In this document: in pieces, positions 45,736-55,635 of the stretch | Layout: the number at the start of each line of letters is the position of its first letter | Position numbering within the stretch: the first letter of the stretch is position 1 | Assembly (NCBI GenBank): GCA_049520275.1 | Contig: JBEKPY010000032.1 | Location: forward strand, 26,277-90,276 | Direction: 5' to 3' | Origin: Bryobacteraceae bacterium | GTDB taxonomy: Bacteria; Acidobacteriota; Terriglobia; Bryobacterales; Bryobacteraceae | DNA: 64,000 nucleotides | The notes under the pieces: model-generated | The model's database searches: none | Told to the model about the DNA's origin: nothing | What the model saw: the letters and a program-made list of their open reading frames with translations, nothing else | Position numbers and translations under genes: made by a program

Positions 45736-46995
45736 ATGCCCGTGACACTTGCTCCGACTCGTCCTGCATTCTCGCCCCCGATACCGCAGAACATTGAGGA
45801 ACTGGGCATTCCGCACTCCCTGCTGGTTGACCTGGTAATGCGGCGGTCGCTGCTGGAAGGTGGCAGCACCCTGCAATCGCTGAGTAACGCCCTGCGGGTC
45901 CCCGTGCCACTGATCAACCTCATTTTCCAGCATCTGCGCTCGCAACACCTTGTGGAGGTGAAGGGCATGCAGGGCAACGACTACAACTTCACCCTCTCGG
46001 CCTCCGGCAAGAGCCTTGCCGCAGAACGTTTTCAGTTGAGCCAGTATGCCGGCGCGGCGCCGGTTTCGCTGCGCGATTACAGTATCGCCACCAAGGCCCA
46101 GACCGCCCGCGTGCAGATTGACCGCCGCTCCCTGCGGCAGGCGTTTTCGGACCTGGTGGTTCCCGACGGCCTGCTGGACCAGCTCGGTCCCGCCCTCATT
46201 TCGCAGAACTCCATCTTTGTGTATGGACCGACCGGAAACGGCAAGACCAGCCTGGCGGAACGCATGCTGCGCGTCTACTCCGACACGGTTTACCTCCCGT
46301 TTGCGGTGGAAGTGGACGGACAGGTCATCAGCCTGTACGACCCGGTAGTCCACCAGCAGGTGGAAACGGAAGAGGCCCTGGTGGATGCACGCTGGACTCT
46401 GTGCCGCCGGCCGTGCATCGTAGTGGGCGGCGAGTTGATTCCGAGCATGCTGGAGTTGCGTTTGGACGAAAGCTCGGGCATCTACGCCGCGCCTCTGCAG
46501 ATGAAGGCCAACAACGGCATCTTCATCATCGACGACTTCGGCCGTCAGCTCATGTCGCCGCGCGATCTGCTGAACCGCTGGATTGTTCCGCTGGACCGGC
46601 GCGTCGATTACCTCATGCTGCGTTACGGCGTCAAATTCCAGATCCCGTTCGAGCTGATGGTAGTGTTCTCCACCAACCTCGATCCCGGCGATCTGGCCGA
46701 CGAAGCGTTCCTGCGCCGCATTCACAACAAGATTTTCGTCGACGCCGTGGACGCCCGCTCCTTCGACCTGATCTTCCAGCGCGTGGTGGGGGCCAAAGGG
46801 ATCGTGGTGGAGCCCGACAGCGCCGAGTACCTGCGCGAGCTATGCCTGCGGGATGGCCGCACCGAGCTGCGCGCCTGCTATCCCGCGGACATCTGCAGCA
46901 TCCTGACCTCGATCGGGAAATACGAGAGCCGGCCGCCCATTATGACCAAAGGCGAGCTGGAACGCGCCGCGGCCCTTTACTTTGCGCGGAGCTGA
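45736..46995 (+). CDS. AAA+ ATPase of uncharacterised family, divergent from the secretin gene
   Basis: 419 aa; Walker A IFVYGPTGNGKTSLAE, Walker B IFIIDDFGRQ, sensor VVFSTNLDP. Confidence 0.6.
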   Translation: MPVTLAPTRPAFSPPIPQNIEELGIPHSLLVDLVMRRSLLEGGSTLQSLSNALRVPVPLINLIFQHLRSQHLVEVKGMQGNDYNFTLSASGKSLAAERFQLSQYAGAAPVSLRDYSIATKAQTARVQIDRRSLRQAFSDLVVPDGLLDQLGPALISQNSIFVYGPTGNGKTSLAERMLRVYSDTVYLPFAVEVDGQVISLYDPVVHQQVETEEALVDARWTLCRRPCIVVGGELIPSMLELRLDESSGIYAAPLQMKANNGIFIIDDFGRQLMSPRDLLNRWIVPLDRRVDYLMLRYGVKFQIPFELMVVFSTNLDPGDLADEAFLRRIHNKIFVDAVDARSFDLIFQRVVGAKGIVVEPDSAEYLRELCLRDGRTELRACYPADICSILTSIGKYESRPPIMTKGELERAAALYFARS

Positions 46996-47102
46996 CGGCG
47001 GCCTGCCGGGCCCGGACCCTCTCATTGCGTGCTGCCGCACCGCGCTTCGCCGGAGGTCCGTGCAGCGCCTGAGCGGCATCGGCGAAACCCCGGACGGAGT
47101 CC

Positions 47103-47375
47103 TCAGTGGCCGTGGCTGGGCGGGACGTAGCCGGGGGGGAAGGCCGAGCCTTCGCCGAAAAAATACTCTTCCATCTGTTTGATCAGGAACTCCTGCGCTT
47201 CCTGGGTACCCAGGTTGAGGCGGTATTCGTTCATGATCATCTTCATCTGCTCCACCCACAAACGCCAGGCCTCCTTCGACACGTTGTCGTAGATTCGCTG
47301 GCCGAGGGGGTGACCTTCGAAGGGAACCTCATCGAGTCCCGGCATCTCGCGCTGAAACTTCGCGCAAAACACCAT
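47103..47375 (-). CDS. yggX: Fe(II)-trafficking / oxidative-damage protection protein YggX
   Basis: Internal start at 47375 (MVFCAKFQREMPGLDEVPFEGHPLGQRIYDNVSKEAWRLW...), collinear with E. coli YggX ([36 protein letters not shown]). Confidence 0.75.
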   Translation of the reverse strand: MVFCAKFQREMPGLDEVPFEGHPLGQRIYDNVSKEAWRLWVEQMKMIMNEYRLNLGTQEAQEFLIKQMEEYFFGEGSAFPPGYVPPSHGH

Positions 47376-47572
47376 GCGCTTAGCCGGCTCGCTCTGGATT
47401 CGCGGACCTGACGCGCCGCTTCCGCAGCCCATTGTATTGGTTTTCTCCTTCGTTCAGGATAGCGCAGCGGGCAGCGGCGGCTCGGCGGAAGAACGGCCCA
47501 ATGTCGATTGTCTAACGGCCCCCGTTGGCCGCGTGTCGGAGCGACCCGGAACATAATGGTTACATCCGCCGC

Positions 47573-48619
47573 ATGCGAGTTGGACTCATAGGTACGGGCG
47601 CCATCGCCCACAAGCACGCCGAGGCGTATCGCAACATCGGTTATCGGTTGACCGCGTGCACGGACCTCCGCGAAGAAACCGGCCGGCGCTTTGCCGCGCA
47701 GTACGATTGCCAGTTCGTGCCCGCGTACGAGGAGGTGTGCCGCGATCCGCGCCTCGATTTCGTGGATGTGTGCACGTTTCCCGATTTCCGCTTGCAGCCG
47801 CTGCGGATCTGCGCCGAGGCAGGCCGGCATATCCAGGTGCAGAAGCCCATGGCCACAGATCTGGCCACGGCGCGGGTGATAGTGGAGACGGCGCGGCGCG
47901 CGGACATCCTGCTCAACGTGGTCAGCCAGCACCGCTTCGACGATTCCGTACAGTTTCTGAAACGCGCCATCGCGGCCGGCCGGCTGGGGCGGATTCTGCA
48001 AGCCGACGCGTACGTGAAGTGGTATCGCCCGGCCGCCTATTATTCGCGCCCCGGCAAGGGGAGTTGGCAGACCGAAGGCGGCGGTGCGCTCATCAACCAG
48101 GCGATCCACCAGGTGGACATTCTGCTGTTCCTCGCCGGAGCGGTGGTCGAAGTGTTCGGGACGTGGCAGATTGGCGCGCTGCACGCGATTGAGTCGGAGG
48201 ATGTTGTCTCGGCCGTGCTTCGCTATGCTTCGGGGGCGACCGGCGTGATTCAGGCGTCCACCGCCTTCTGGCCCGGCTACAGCGAGCGCGTGGAGATCCA
48301 CGGCGCCAACGGCACGGCGATCATCACCGGCGACAAGCTGACAACATGGGATGTGCGGGGTGATGTGCAGAACGATGCTGGCGAACCGGCGCCGCTCGCG
48401 CGCGAGGTCAGCTCCGGGGCCTCCGATCCGATGGCCATTTCGCTCGTGCCATTCGAACGCCAGTTCCTCGATTTCGGCGAAGCGATTCGTACCGGCGGCC
48501 GGCCATGTTCGTCGGGCGAGGAGGGCTTGCGCGCGCTGGAGCTGGTGATGTCCGTGTATCAGTCCTGCCGCGAAGGGCGCAGGATCACGCTCAATGAAGG
48601 ACCACGAAAGAATGACTGA
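47573..48619 (+). CDS. Gfo/Idh/MocA-family NAD(P)-dependent oxidoreductase
   Basis: Start MRVGLIGTGAIAHKHAEA (ATG 47573); Rossmann fold plus a C-terminal alpha/beta domain typical of the family. Confidence 0.75.
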   Translation: MRVGLIGTGAIAHKHAEAYRNIGYRLTACTDLREETGRRFAAQYDCQFVPAYEEVCRDPRLDFVDVCTFPDFRLQPLRICAEAGRHIQVQKPMATDLATARVIVETARRADILLNVVSQHRFDDSVQFLKRAIAAGRLGRILQADAYVKWYRPAAYYSRPGKGSWQTEGGGALINQAIHQVDILLFLAGAVVEVFGTWQIGALHAIESEDVVSAVLRYASGATGVIQASTAFWPGYSERVEIHGANGTAIITGDKLTTWDVRGDVQNDAGEPAPLAREVSSGASDPMAISLVPFERQFLDFGEAIRTGGRPCSSGEEGLRALELVMSVYQSCREGRRITLNEGPRKND

Positions 48620-49538
48620 GAACCCCTGGTGGGAGGTGCGGGTCCCGGCGTCCAGCGCGAATCTGGGGCCGGGATTCGACGCGCTTGGACTGGCCCTCGA
48701 GATCTACCTGACGTGCCGGTTTCGCCGCGCCGAGCGACTGCTCATTCGGGCGCTCGGCCGCGACGCGGAATCGATCCCCACCACTGCGGAGAATCTCATC
48801 TGGCAGACCGCGCTGGCCGTGGCTGCGGATACGGGGAGCGAACTGCCGCCGGTGGAGCTGGAGATCGACAACGACATCCCGCTGGGCAAAGGTCTGGGAT
48901 CGAGCGCGGCCGCGCTGACGGCGGGCGTGGTGATGGCCGATCAGTTGCTCGGTTTGCGTTGGAAGCCGCTACGGATATTGGACGAGGCGGCGCGCATCGA
49001 GGGACATCCGGACAACGTGGCGGCGTGCGTGCTGGGCTCCATCGTGGCCAGCGCAATCGACGGTGGCGGCGTAGCGCGCGCGGTGCGGCTGGAGTTGCCC
49101 AGGCGGTACGGCATCGCCATCGTCGTGCCCGATTTCATTCTGCCCACAGTGCAGGCTCGCGCCGTGCTGCCGGCTTCCTACAGCCGCCAGGATGCCGTGT
49201 TCAACGTGCAGCGCTCGGCGCTGCTGATTGCGGCTCTGGCCACCGGAACCACCAGCGCCTTTCCCGCCGCGCTGCAGGATCGCTTTCATCAGCCCTATCG
49301 CGCGCCGCTGGTGCCGGGCCTTGAGGAGATCCTGCGGCTGCGTGCCCCGGGTCTGCTGGGCTCGGTACTCAGCGGGGCGGGGCCGTCGATCCTGGTCTTC
49401 TACGAGCGCGGATACGAGAGCGTGACGGATCTCGTCCGGCAGATCTTCGCCCATCACGGGCATGCGGCCGAAGTGCTGATGGCGGCCATCGCCGACCACG
49501 GGTATGAGCTGAAGCGGATGGGAGACGCGGCGGAGTGA
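48612..49538 (+). CDS. thrB: Homoserine kinase
   Basis: VPASSANLGPGFDALGLAL and PLGKGLGSSAAA GHMP-kinase motifs; start either 48594 or 48612. Confidence 0.85.
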   Translation: MTENPWWEVRVPASSANLGPGFDALGLALEIYLTCRFRRAERLLIRALGRDAESIPTTAENLIWQTALAVAADTGSELPPVELEIDNDIPLGKGLGSSAAALTAGVVMADQLLGLRWKPLRILDEAARIEGHPDNVAACVLGSIVASAIDGGGVARAVRLELPRRYGIAIVVPDFILPTVQARAVLPASYSRQDAVFNVQRSALLIAALATGTTSAFPAALQDRFHQPYRAPLVPGLEEILRLRAPGLLGSVLSGAGPSILVFYERGYESVTDLVRQIFAHHGHAAEVLMAAIADHGYELKRMGDAAE

Positions 49539-49977
49539 TGCGCGCTCGCCGTCGTAAAGCGACCGCAGGGGCGCTCGGCGGGACCGGTCCTTCCAGATTG
49601 AACTCCTCGATTGGAATGGTGGTGCCAGGCCGAAAAGCCTCGAATAGCTCGTCGGCGCGATCGCGTTGGACGCGACATGGCGCCCCCTCCCAGTGGTGGA
49701 CCGGTGTACTCGGGTGTGCGACACAGAAGTGGGGGTGCGGGCGAAATCCCCAGAAAACGCAGAAATCCTTGCGTACTGCTACTTCAGCCTGCCCTGCCGC
49801 CACACCGACGAGGAAGGGTACCACACGACCGCGCTTTGCAGCCCAAAAGTGCCTGTATTTGCAGGGCGTCCGCATCGGCTAAGTTCGGTTGCGGCGATTC
49901 TTCCATTTCTATGTCGTGCACCCGGTGTACCATCCCGACGAGCCTGAAAGTGGGATAGGATAGACTGCCGGGGAACG

Positions 49978-50525
49978 ATGTCGTCCATCTTCATCTGTCA
50001 TAGCTCAATCGACAAACCATTCGTCCGAATACTGAAGAGCCGTCTTGAGCGGTTTGAGATTCGTGTGTGGGTGGACGAGGACGAAACCAGGCCGGGTGCT
50101 GATCGGAAGTATATCGGCCGCTATCGAAGAAATGGCCTTTCTGGGAATCGTCCTCTCCCCGAACTCAGTCGCGTCAAGATGGGTGAAGGAAGAGCTTGAA
50201 CTTGCGTTGAACAATCAGATTCAACAGGCACAAGTCCGCGTCATCTCTATTCTCTTTCGCGAGTGCGCGCTGCCCGGCTTCTTGAAAGGCAAGGAATATG
50301 TGGATTTTTCCGCTTGGAGCCGAAGCAGAAAAAACGACCATCAGAGTTGACTCGCCGGGATTTTGTGACCCGACAAGCAGAGTCATCAATCGCGACCTCT
50401 TCTCGGACCGCCTCAAGGCCGCATTCGAGGCGTACCTTGCTGAACTCCGTGCGAGCCCCAGCGATAGTGGTGTCTGGAAGAAGGCCAGGCGCAGAATCTG
50501 GTGGCTGATCCGGATGAGTGCATGA
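49978..50525 (+). pseudogene. TIR-domain protein gene disrupted by frameshift(s); lies in a lower-GC segment
   Basis: Frame 1: MSSIFICHSSIDKPFVRILKSRLERFEIRVWVDEDE. It shifts near 50090 to a frame encoding LIGSISAAIEEMAFLGIVLSPNSVASRWVKEELELA...KGKEYVDFS. Together these form a canonical bacterial TIR (TIR_2-like) fold; a further frame continues to 50525. Local GC is about 50 % against >62 % in flanking DNA. Confidence 0.6.
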
Positions 50526-50603
50526 GCGATAAGGAGGAAGAATCTCTCCTCCCGGCCCGCCATCCACTCAACCTTCCCTCTTCGCCCCTCCGCTAACACC
50601 CGC

Positions 50604-50926
50604 CCCCTACCCCGCCACCCGCTCCTGAATCAGCTCCCAAAAGGCCCGCGCCGCGTGGCTCAGCACCCGCTTTTCCGGATACACCAGCCGGATGGGCCGC
50701 TCCACGTGCAGGTCCCGCACCCGCACCTCGCACAGGTTCCCGGCGGGCCACTCCCTCGTTGGGCGACACCAGCAGCCGGTTGGTCTCCACCGTGGCATCT
50801 CAACGTCCATGCTCAGCGCCGCCCTGGCGTGCTGAAAACTCGCGAATCACAATCGCGCGGTACGGCGAAAGCACGTTTGTGGGCGATGAAGGTTTCCATG
50901 CCCAGCTCGGTGATCGGAATCTCCTC
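50604..50926 (-). pseudogene. Decayed duplicate (copy A) of the 3' ~350 bp of the LysR gene at 54646..55530
   Basis: Near-identical to 54643-55000 (ccctaccccgccacccgctcctgaatcagctcc...gatcggaatctcctc) with point changes and a ~35-bp internal deletion; encodes ...CEVRVRDLHVERPIRLVYPEKRVLSHAARAFWELIQERVAG in broken frames. Confidence 0.8.
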
Positions 50927-50940
50927 GCTACGGCGAGCCG

Positions 50941-52199
50941 CTACTGGAAATGGACCTGCGACGAAGCCTCGAAGTGCCGGTGATTCCTATACTCCAGATC
51001 TACCTTCCAGGCGCCGCCCGCGGCGTACCGAACCACAATGCTGGCGGAGACCGGCAGCAGGTGTTCAACGTCTCCAATTCGCACCCGGTCCCAGGACGCT
51101 TCCTCCTCCCATCCGCTCATCTCGAACTCTCCCGGAAACCCCGTCGCTCTTGCCTCCAGGTGGACGACATCGCCGCCAGGGTCCTCGACAAAAACGCGTC
51201 CGCTCTCTCCTGGGTAGAAACGTCGGAACTTCCAGTAGAGATCGCCAAAGCATCCATCCGGTGGCGCCACGAATTCATACACCAGCACACTCCTTCCACG
51301 CATCTGCATGCGTCCACTGAACTGGAGCGTGGTCGGACATTCCGGGTCGAAAAGCGGCTTAAGCTCGGCGCCGAACCCACCTATCCATTTGAAACCCGGC
51401 AATGCCTCAAACGGTTTGCCCCAGGGACGGCCATTCCTGGTCACTCGCTGCCGGCTGGTGCTGCTTCCCCGAAAGGTCACTTCCGATCCGACCGTCTGCA
51501 CATATTTCCACTCCCGCCCAACATCGTTACCCGAGTAGTGTCTGCCGATTTCATCCGCGACAAAATTGGGCAGGTTCGCCGCGTAATCCAGGTTGACCCG
51601 GCGTGCCTGCTCCAACTCATTCTGGTAATCCACTGAAGGACCTCTGAGCGCATTACCCTCACCCTGCGCCGGCGCACTTGTCGCGGGAAGGTCCTTCAGC
51701 CGGTTTCCCGCCTGGCGCCACGCGCGGCAGCCGATCTCTCTCGAGCGCTCCTCATCGGAAAACGGCGTCAGCAAGCGGAGGTTCTTCACTTCGAGGAAGC
51801 GATACCGTTGCGATTCCGCATCGTAGATTTCATCGATGGGGCTGCAGGTAATCTCCACCCGGTCGCCGAATGTGTAATGCGCGACAATCTCCTCCACAGT
51901 CACGTGGCCACCCTTCGCCAGCGCGGCATCGATCAGCACGCCGTCGGCAAGCCGGATCGTAATCGATTCCTGCCCGATGTGCTGCAAGCCCCCGGAGAAT
52001 ACAACGCTCCGGCGCCCTTCATGTCTGGGGGTGAGCCGGTGGTTTCCCTGAGCCCGGTCGATCGCGTCCTGCAGTCTCCCACGCCAGCCCTGTTGCGGCG
52101 TGCCGGAACCCTCACCCGGCGTCTCCTGTGCCGGCGTGTAAGCCAGAATCAGGAAACACGCAACAAACAGCCTCGGCCGCGGCAGACATACAAACATGC
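50941..52199 (-). CDS. Hypothetical secreted protein (signal peptide), no recognisable domain
   Basis: Track ORF 50941..52386. The first 62 codons are an antisense read-through of LysR-fragment copy B. Likely start MFVCLPRPRLFVACFLILAYTPAQE at ~52199. Confidence 0.45.
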
Positions 52200-52257
52200 C
52201 TGCTCCCGATGCCCCAGTCACTCTTCCGGTTTCGAATCTTTCGATACCTCCCGTTCC

Positions 52258-52379
52258 CGCGCCGCCACCCGCTCCTGAATCAGCTCCAAAAAGGCCCGCG
52301 CCGCGTGGCTCAGCACCCGCTTCTCCGGATGCACCAGCCGGATGGGCCGCTCCACGTGCAGCTCCCGCACCCGCACCTC
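52258..52379 (-). pseudogene. Decayed duplicate (copy B) of the last ~120 bp of the LysR gene
   Basis: ccgccacccgctcctgaatcagctccaaaaaggcccgcgccgcgtggctcagcacccgcttctccggatgcaccagccggatgggccgctccacgtgcagctcccgcacccgcacctc matches 54651-54772 at ~95 %. Confidence 0.8.
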
Positions 52380-52428
52380 CTGCCACGCACAGCGGCAGAA
52401 GGCCGCAGAGCGCAGCCTGGTCCGTGGG

Positions 52429-52839
52429 CTAGATGAAAAGATCGGCCGTGACCTTGAACACTAACGCGAGTTTCTTAGCCTGCTCCTTGCTGATGGAACG
52501 CTTCCCACTCAGCACCTCCGAAACCCGGCCGCGCGTGCCCAGCACTGGCAGCAGGTCCCTGGCTGTTCGTCCGCTCGTCTCCATCAGGTAGGCCAGCATT
52601 TCGTTGGGCGCAACCGGGGGCAGAGGGCGCTGGCGATCGTCGTAAGCCTGCACCAAAATCGCCATAGTCTCCAGCAGCGCGGATTCCTCCGGGGACAAGC
52701 GGTCCTCGCCCTTGCCGATCAAATGCTCCACGGCGGCGACCATACGGTCGTACTCTTCCTCGGTCCCGATCACTTTGACGACAATGCGATTCGCGAGCCG
52801 GGCGTATTTCCTGGGGTCGACGGACAGTGTAGCGCTCAT
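52429..52839 (-). CDS. HigA-family (XRE-HTH) antitoxin-like protein
   Basis: Start MSATLSVDPRKYARLANRIV; C-terminal HTH ...RTARDLLPVLGTRGRVSEVLSGKRSISKEQAKKLALVF, typical of HigA/VapI-type antitoxins. Confidence 0.6.
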   Translation of the reverse strand: MSATLSVDPRKYARLANRIVVKVIGTEEEYDRMVAAVEHLIGKGEDRLSPEESALLETMAILVQAYDDRQRPLPPVAPNEMLAYLMETSGRTARDLLPVLGTRGRVSEVLSGKRSISKEQAKKLALVFKVTADLFI

Positions 52840-52882
52840 GATTTCCACGCGGCCCGAGGATCGGCTCGTTGCCATCTACAGT

Positions 52883-53350
52883 CTAACGTTGAATCAGCAG
52901 TTGCAGAAGGAAATCTTCCGCAATGGTCTCCTTCGCAATCATCTTCCGGCTATCGAACGCCGCCGCTGCCAATTCGATGTGGGCCAGCACTTCCGTTCTC
53001 GTCCACTTCTTCGAGTTGTCATCGTCCGCCGTGTGCCGATACTGCTGGAGCCGGACGAACGCGTCCGCGACAGCCCGCAGGTGGCGGACTGAGGAGTGAT
53101 TGGGATTGGGGAACGATTTGCTGCGCGTCCTGGTGCAGGCGTCGTTCATCTTCCGATGCTCGAAGGCGCGCGCGAGGGCCGCTCGCTGGCGAGGCCTCTT
53201 CCAGTTGGCAACGGCGGCGGTGGTGAGGAGATGGAAGACCGCGTAATACGCCGTCGAAACTGCTCTTCTCAGGCTCGCCTGTCGGGGACGCTTCTTGTCG
53301 AGGTTGGCGAGAAGCTGCGCCTGCTCGATCAGATGGTCCGCGAACGCCAT
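52883..53350 (-). CDS. Hypothetical alpha-helical protein immediately upstream of the HigA-like gene (possible toxin partner; has Rx5H RTEVLAH near the C-terminus, HEPN-like?)
   Basis: 155 aa; RRAVSTAYYAVFHLL... No confident family assignment. Confidence 0.35.
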   Translation of the reverse strand: MAFADHLIEQAQLLANLDKKRPRQASLRRAVSTAYYAVFHLLTTAAVANWKRPRQRAALARAFEHRKMNDACTRTRSKSFPNPNHSSVRHLRAVADAFVRLQQYRHTADDDNSKKWTRTEVLAHIELAAAAFDSRKMIAKETIAEDFLLQLLIQR

Positions 53351-53354
53351 CGCG

Positions 53355-54474
53355 CTAAGCCCAGGCGGGTTCTCTAAGCTTCGCCTGTTCTGATTGGCTG
53401 CGGAAACTGAAATAGGCCTGAAGGCCTGATTGATCGGTCCTGGTCTCAGTCATGATCCTGTGGGATACGCGCTGAGTCACTTCCCGCAGGTTTTCGGGCC
53501 GGCTGGCCTCGTCCGTCAGAATGATGGTGAAAAATATGGAGGTATTTCCGATCCAGTCGGTACCGATATCGTAGCCGATGCGCACAACCTCGGCAGCCAG
53601 GGCCCTCGCGGCCCTTTCGACACCGGCCGCGATGCTGCGCTGGTTCACAAGACCGCCAGGGACAATCGACACAAGTTCATTATCCCGCGTTTTCGCGCGG
53701 ACTGTCTCTCGGTCGGTTCTAGCTGGGGGGCAACCCGAGGTACTGGTGTATCCACCTTGTGGCTTCCGCCTTGGCGACCTCAATACCAATGCCCAGTCCT
53801 GCTTGGCCTAGCTTGCTGCCAAGCTGCCTTAGCCAGGTTGCGGTTCGGCGCCCCAGGGTTTTTGAGCCACCGTTTGCCGAATCTTCTTTAACCGCGGACT
53901 GCAAACTTGCTATCTCAGAGTCCAGTACACCCAGACCGCTGAGGGCGTTGGCGAGTGAGGCCCAACTCCCTCGTTCGATTGTAATACTGTGGACTTGCGC
54001 GAAATCCCGCGAGGCGATCACGTTGTTCCCCCCGAAGATATACGTAATCACGCTCTGATCGACCTTCTCTTTGGGTAGCTCGTCAAAACTGTCAGTCACC
54101 AGTCCGAGATCGTCCTTCAGTTCAAGAGCAAGACGTAAGACTCTGGTTCGGATGGTGTCGATCAGCCCCACGAAAGCCGAGCCGGCGATCTCCTGCCACG
54201 CTCTGCTCAGACCGTATTGTCCTCCGAAAAAGGACCACTCATACCTGAGGGTCAGATTTGGCGGCCAATCGACGATGAAGCACGAGTCCACACCAACACC
54301 TTCGTAGGAGGCTATAGGCTGAAAGAGGATCGCCGAATCTGCGAAGTGCCTGTGCTGCTGTTCCAACACTATTGATGGTAATGGCTGGTCACTTATCTTC
54401 GATCCAAATCGGCCCACGAAGCACCCCCTCGCTATTGCAACCGTTTCTTCACGGCGTATGCCAATACCAAGCAC
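53355..54474 (-). CDS. Hypothetical protein, apparently frameshifted (two overlapping ORFs 53355..53789 and 53719..54474); lower GC
   Basis: Two same-strand ORFs overlap by 70 nt with coding-like composition; no recognisable domain. Confidence 0.35.
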
Positions 54475-54645
54475 CTGCGCAGGAGTGTCGCAACCGAGCC
54501 ACTGTCTGCAGCGGCAAGAGCGATTATCTCGTCAAGCAATTCTCTCGGTGAGCCAAGCCTGTCTGTCATCTCCCGCCCGATCCGCCCTCCCATTTCCGAA
54601 AGGCTGGAAACGCACGCATCGATTGGTCCTATTCTCAGCCTACCC

Positions 54646-55530
54646 CTACCCCGCCACCCGCTCCTGAATCAGCTCCAAAAACGCCCGCGCCGCGTGGCTC
54701 AGCACCCGCTTTTCCGGATACACCAGCCGGATGGGCCGCTCCACGTGCAGCTCCCGCACCCGCACCTCGCACAGGTTGCCCGCGGCGATGTCCTGCTCCA
54801 CGCACATGCGCGGCAGAAAGGCCACCCCCTCGTTGCGCGACACCAGCAGCCGGATGGTCTCCACCGTGGGCATCTCCACGTCCATGTTCAGCGCCACCTT
54901 GGAACGTTGAAATTCGCGAATCACAATCGCGCGGTACGGCGAAAGCACATTGTGGGCAATGAAGGTCTCCATGCCCAGTTCTGTGATCGGAATCTCCTCC
55001 AGACTGGCAAAGCGATGGCGCGGTGAAACCACGAACGCCAGGTGATCGTGGTAGATCACCAGCGACCGCAGCCGGTCGTCCTCGGGATCGTAGCTGATCA
55101 CGCCCAGCTCCAGGTCGCCGTCGATAAGCTGCCCCGGAATCTTGCTCGACAGGCAGCGCCGCACCTGCACCTTCACCTTCGGGTACATCCTGCGGTACTG
55201 CTCGAGCGACGGCAGCATGTACAGCGTGGTCGATTCGTTCGCACCGATAATCAGCCGCCCGGCCGAGTGGTCCCTCAGCTCGGCAAGCGCGGTGTCCAGC
55301 TCGCTCTGCAGATTCTCGAACCGCCGCGCGTGCTCCAGCACGATTTGGCCGGCGTCGGTGACGATGAGATCCTTCCCCGAGCGGTCGATCAGCTTCTCGC
55401 CCAGGTCCGATTCCAGCTTCGCAATGGCCAGCGAGACCGCCGGCTGGGTCCGCAGAAGCTTTTCCGCCGCGCGCGAAAAGCTCTTCTCGCTCACTACAGT
55501 GCGGAATACCTTGAGTGGGTACAGTTCCAT
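54646..55530 (-). CDS. LysR-family transcriptional regulator (intact), divergent from leuA
   Basis: 294 aa; N-terminal HTH LKVFRTVVSEKSFSRAAEKLLRTQPAVSLAIAKLE; C-terminal substrate-binding domain. Its 3' end is the template of copies A and B. Confidence 0.85.
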   Translation of the reverse strand: MELYPLKVFRTVVSEKSFSRAAEKLLRTQPAVSLAIAKLESDLGEKLIDRSGKDLIVTDAGQIVLEHARRFENLQSELDTALAELRDHSAGRLIIGANESTTLYMLPSLEQYRRMYPKVKVQVRRCLSSKIPGQLIDGDLELGVISYDPEDDRLRSLVIYHDHLAFVVSPRHRFASLEEIPITELGMETFIAHNVLSPYRAIVIREFQRSKVALNMDVEMPTVETIRLLVSRNEGVAFLPRMCVEQDIAAGNLCEVRVRELHVERPIRLVYPEKRVLSHAARAFLELIQERVAG

Positions 55531-55635
55531 AAGTCCTGCTTATGCCATTACTATAGCTCATGTACGGAGCGGGAATTATAAATTTGCCAAATACGTGGCA
55601 CCCTCGCATACTGGAAGTCTCAGGAGGGAAACCCG

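Noticed and set aside
43963-46725. ORFs 43963..45246 (+) and 45730..46725 (-)
   Set aside because: Antisense to the secretin and AAA ATPase genes respectively.
47243-49875. Minus-strand ORFs 47243..48301, 48969..49724, 49369..49875
   Set aside because: Antisense to the Gfo/Idh oxidoreductase and thrB; the 49540-49875 tail has no recognisable similarity or RBS, so it was not called.
52200-52386. N-terminal 62 codons of track ORF 50941..52386 (MAGGAGAGAARGAAH...)
   Set aside because: Antisense translation of LysR-fragment copy B; the real start with a signal peptide is ~52199.
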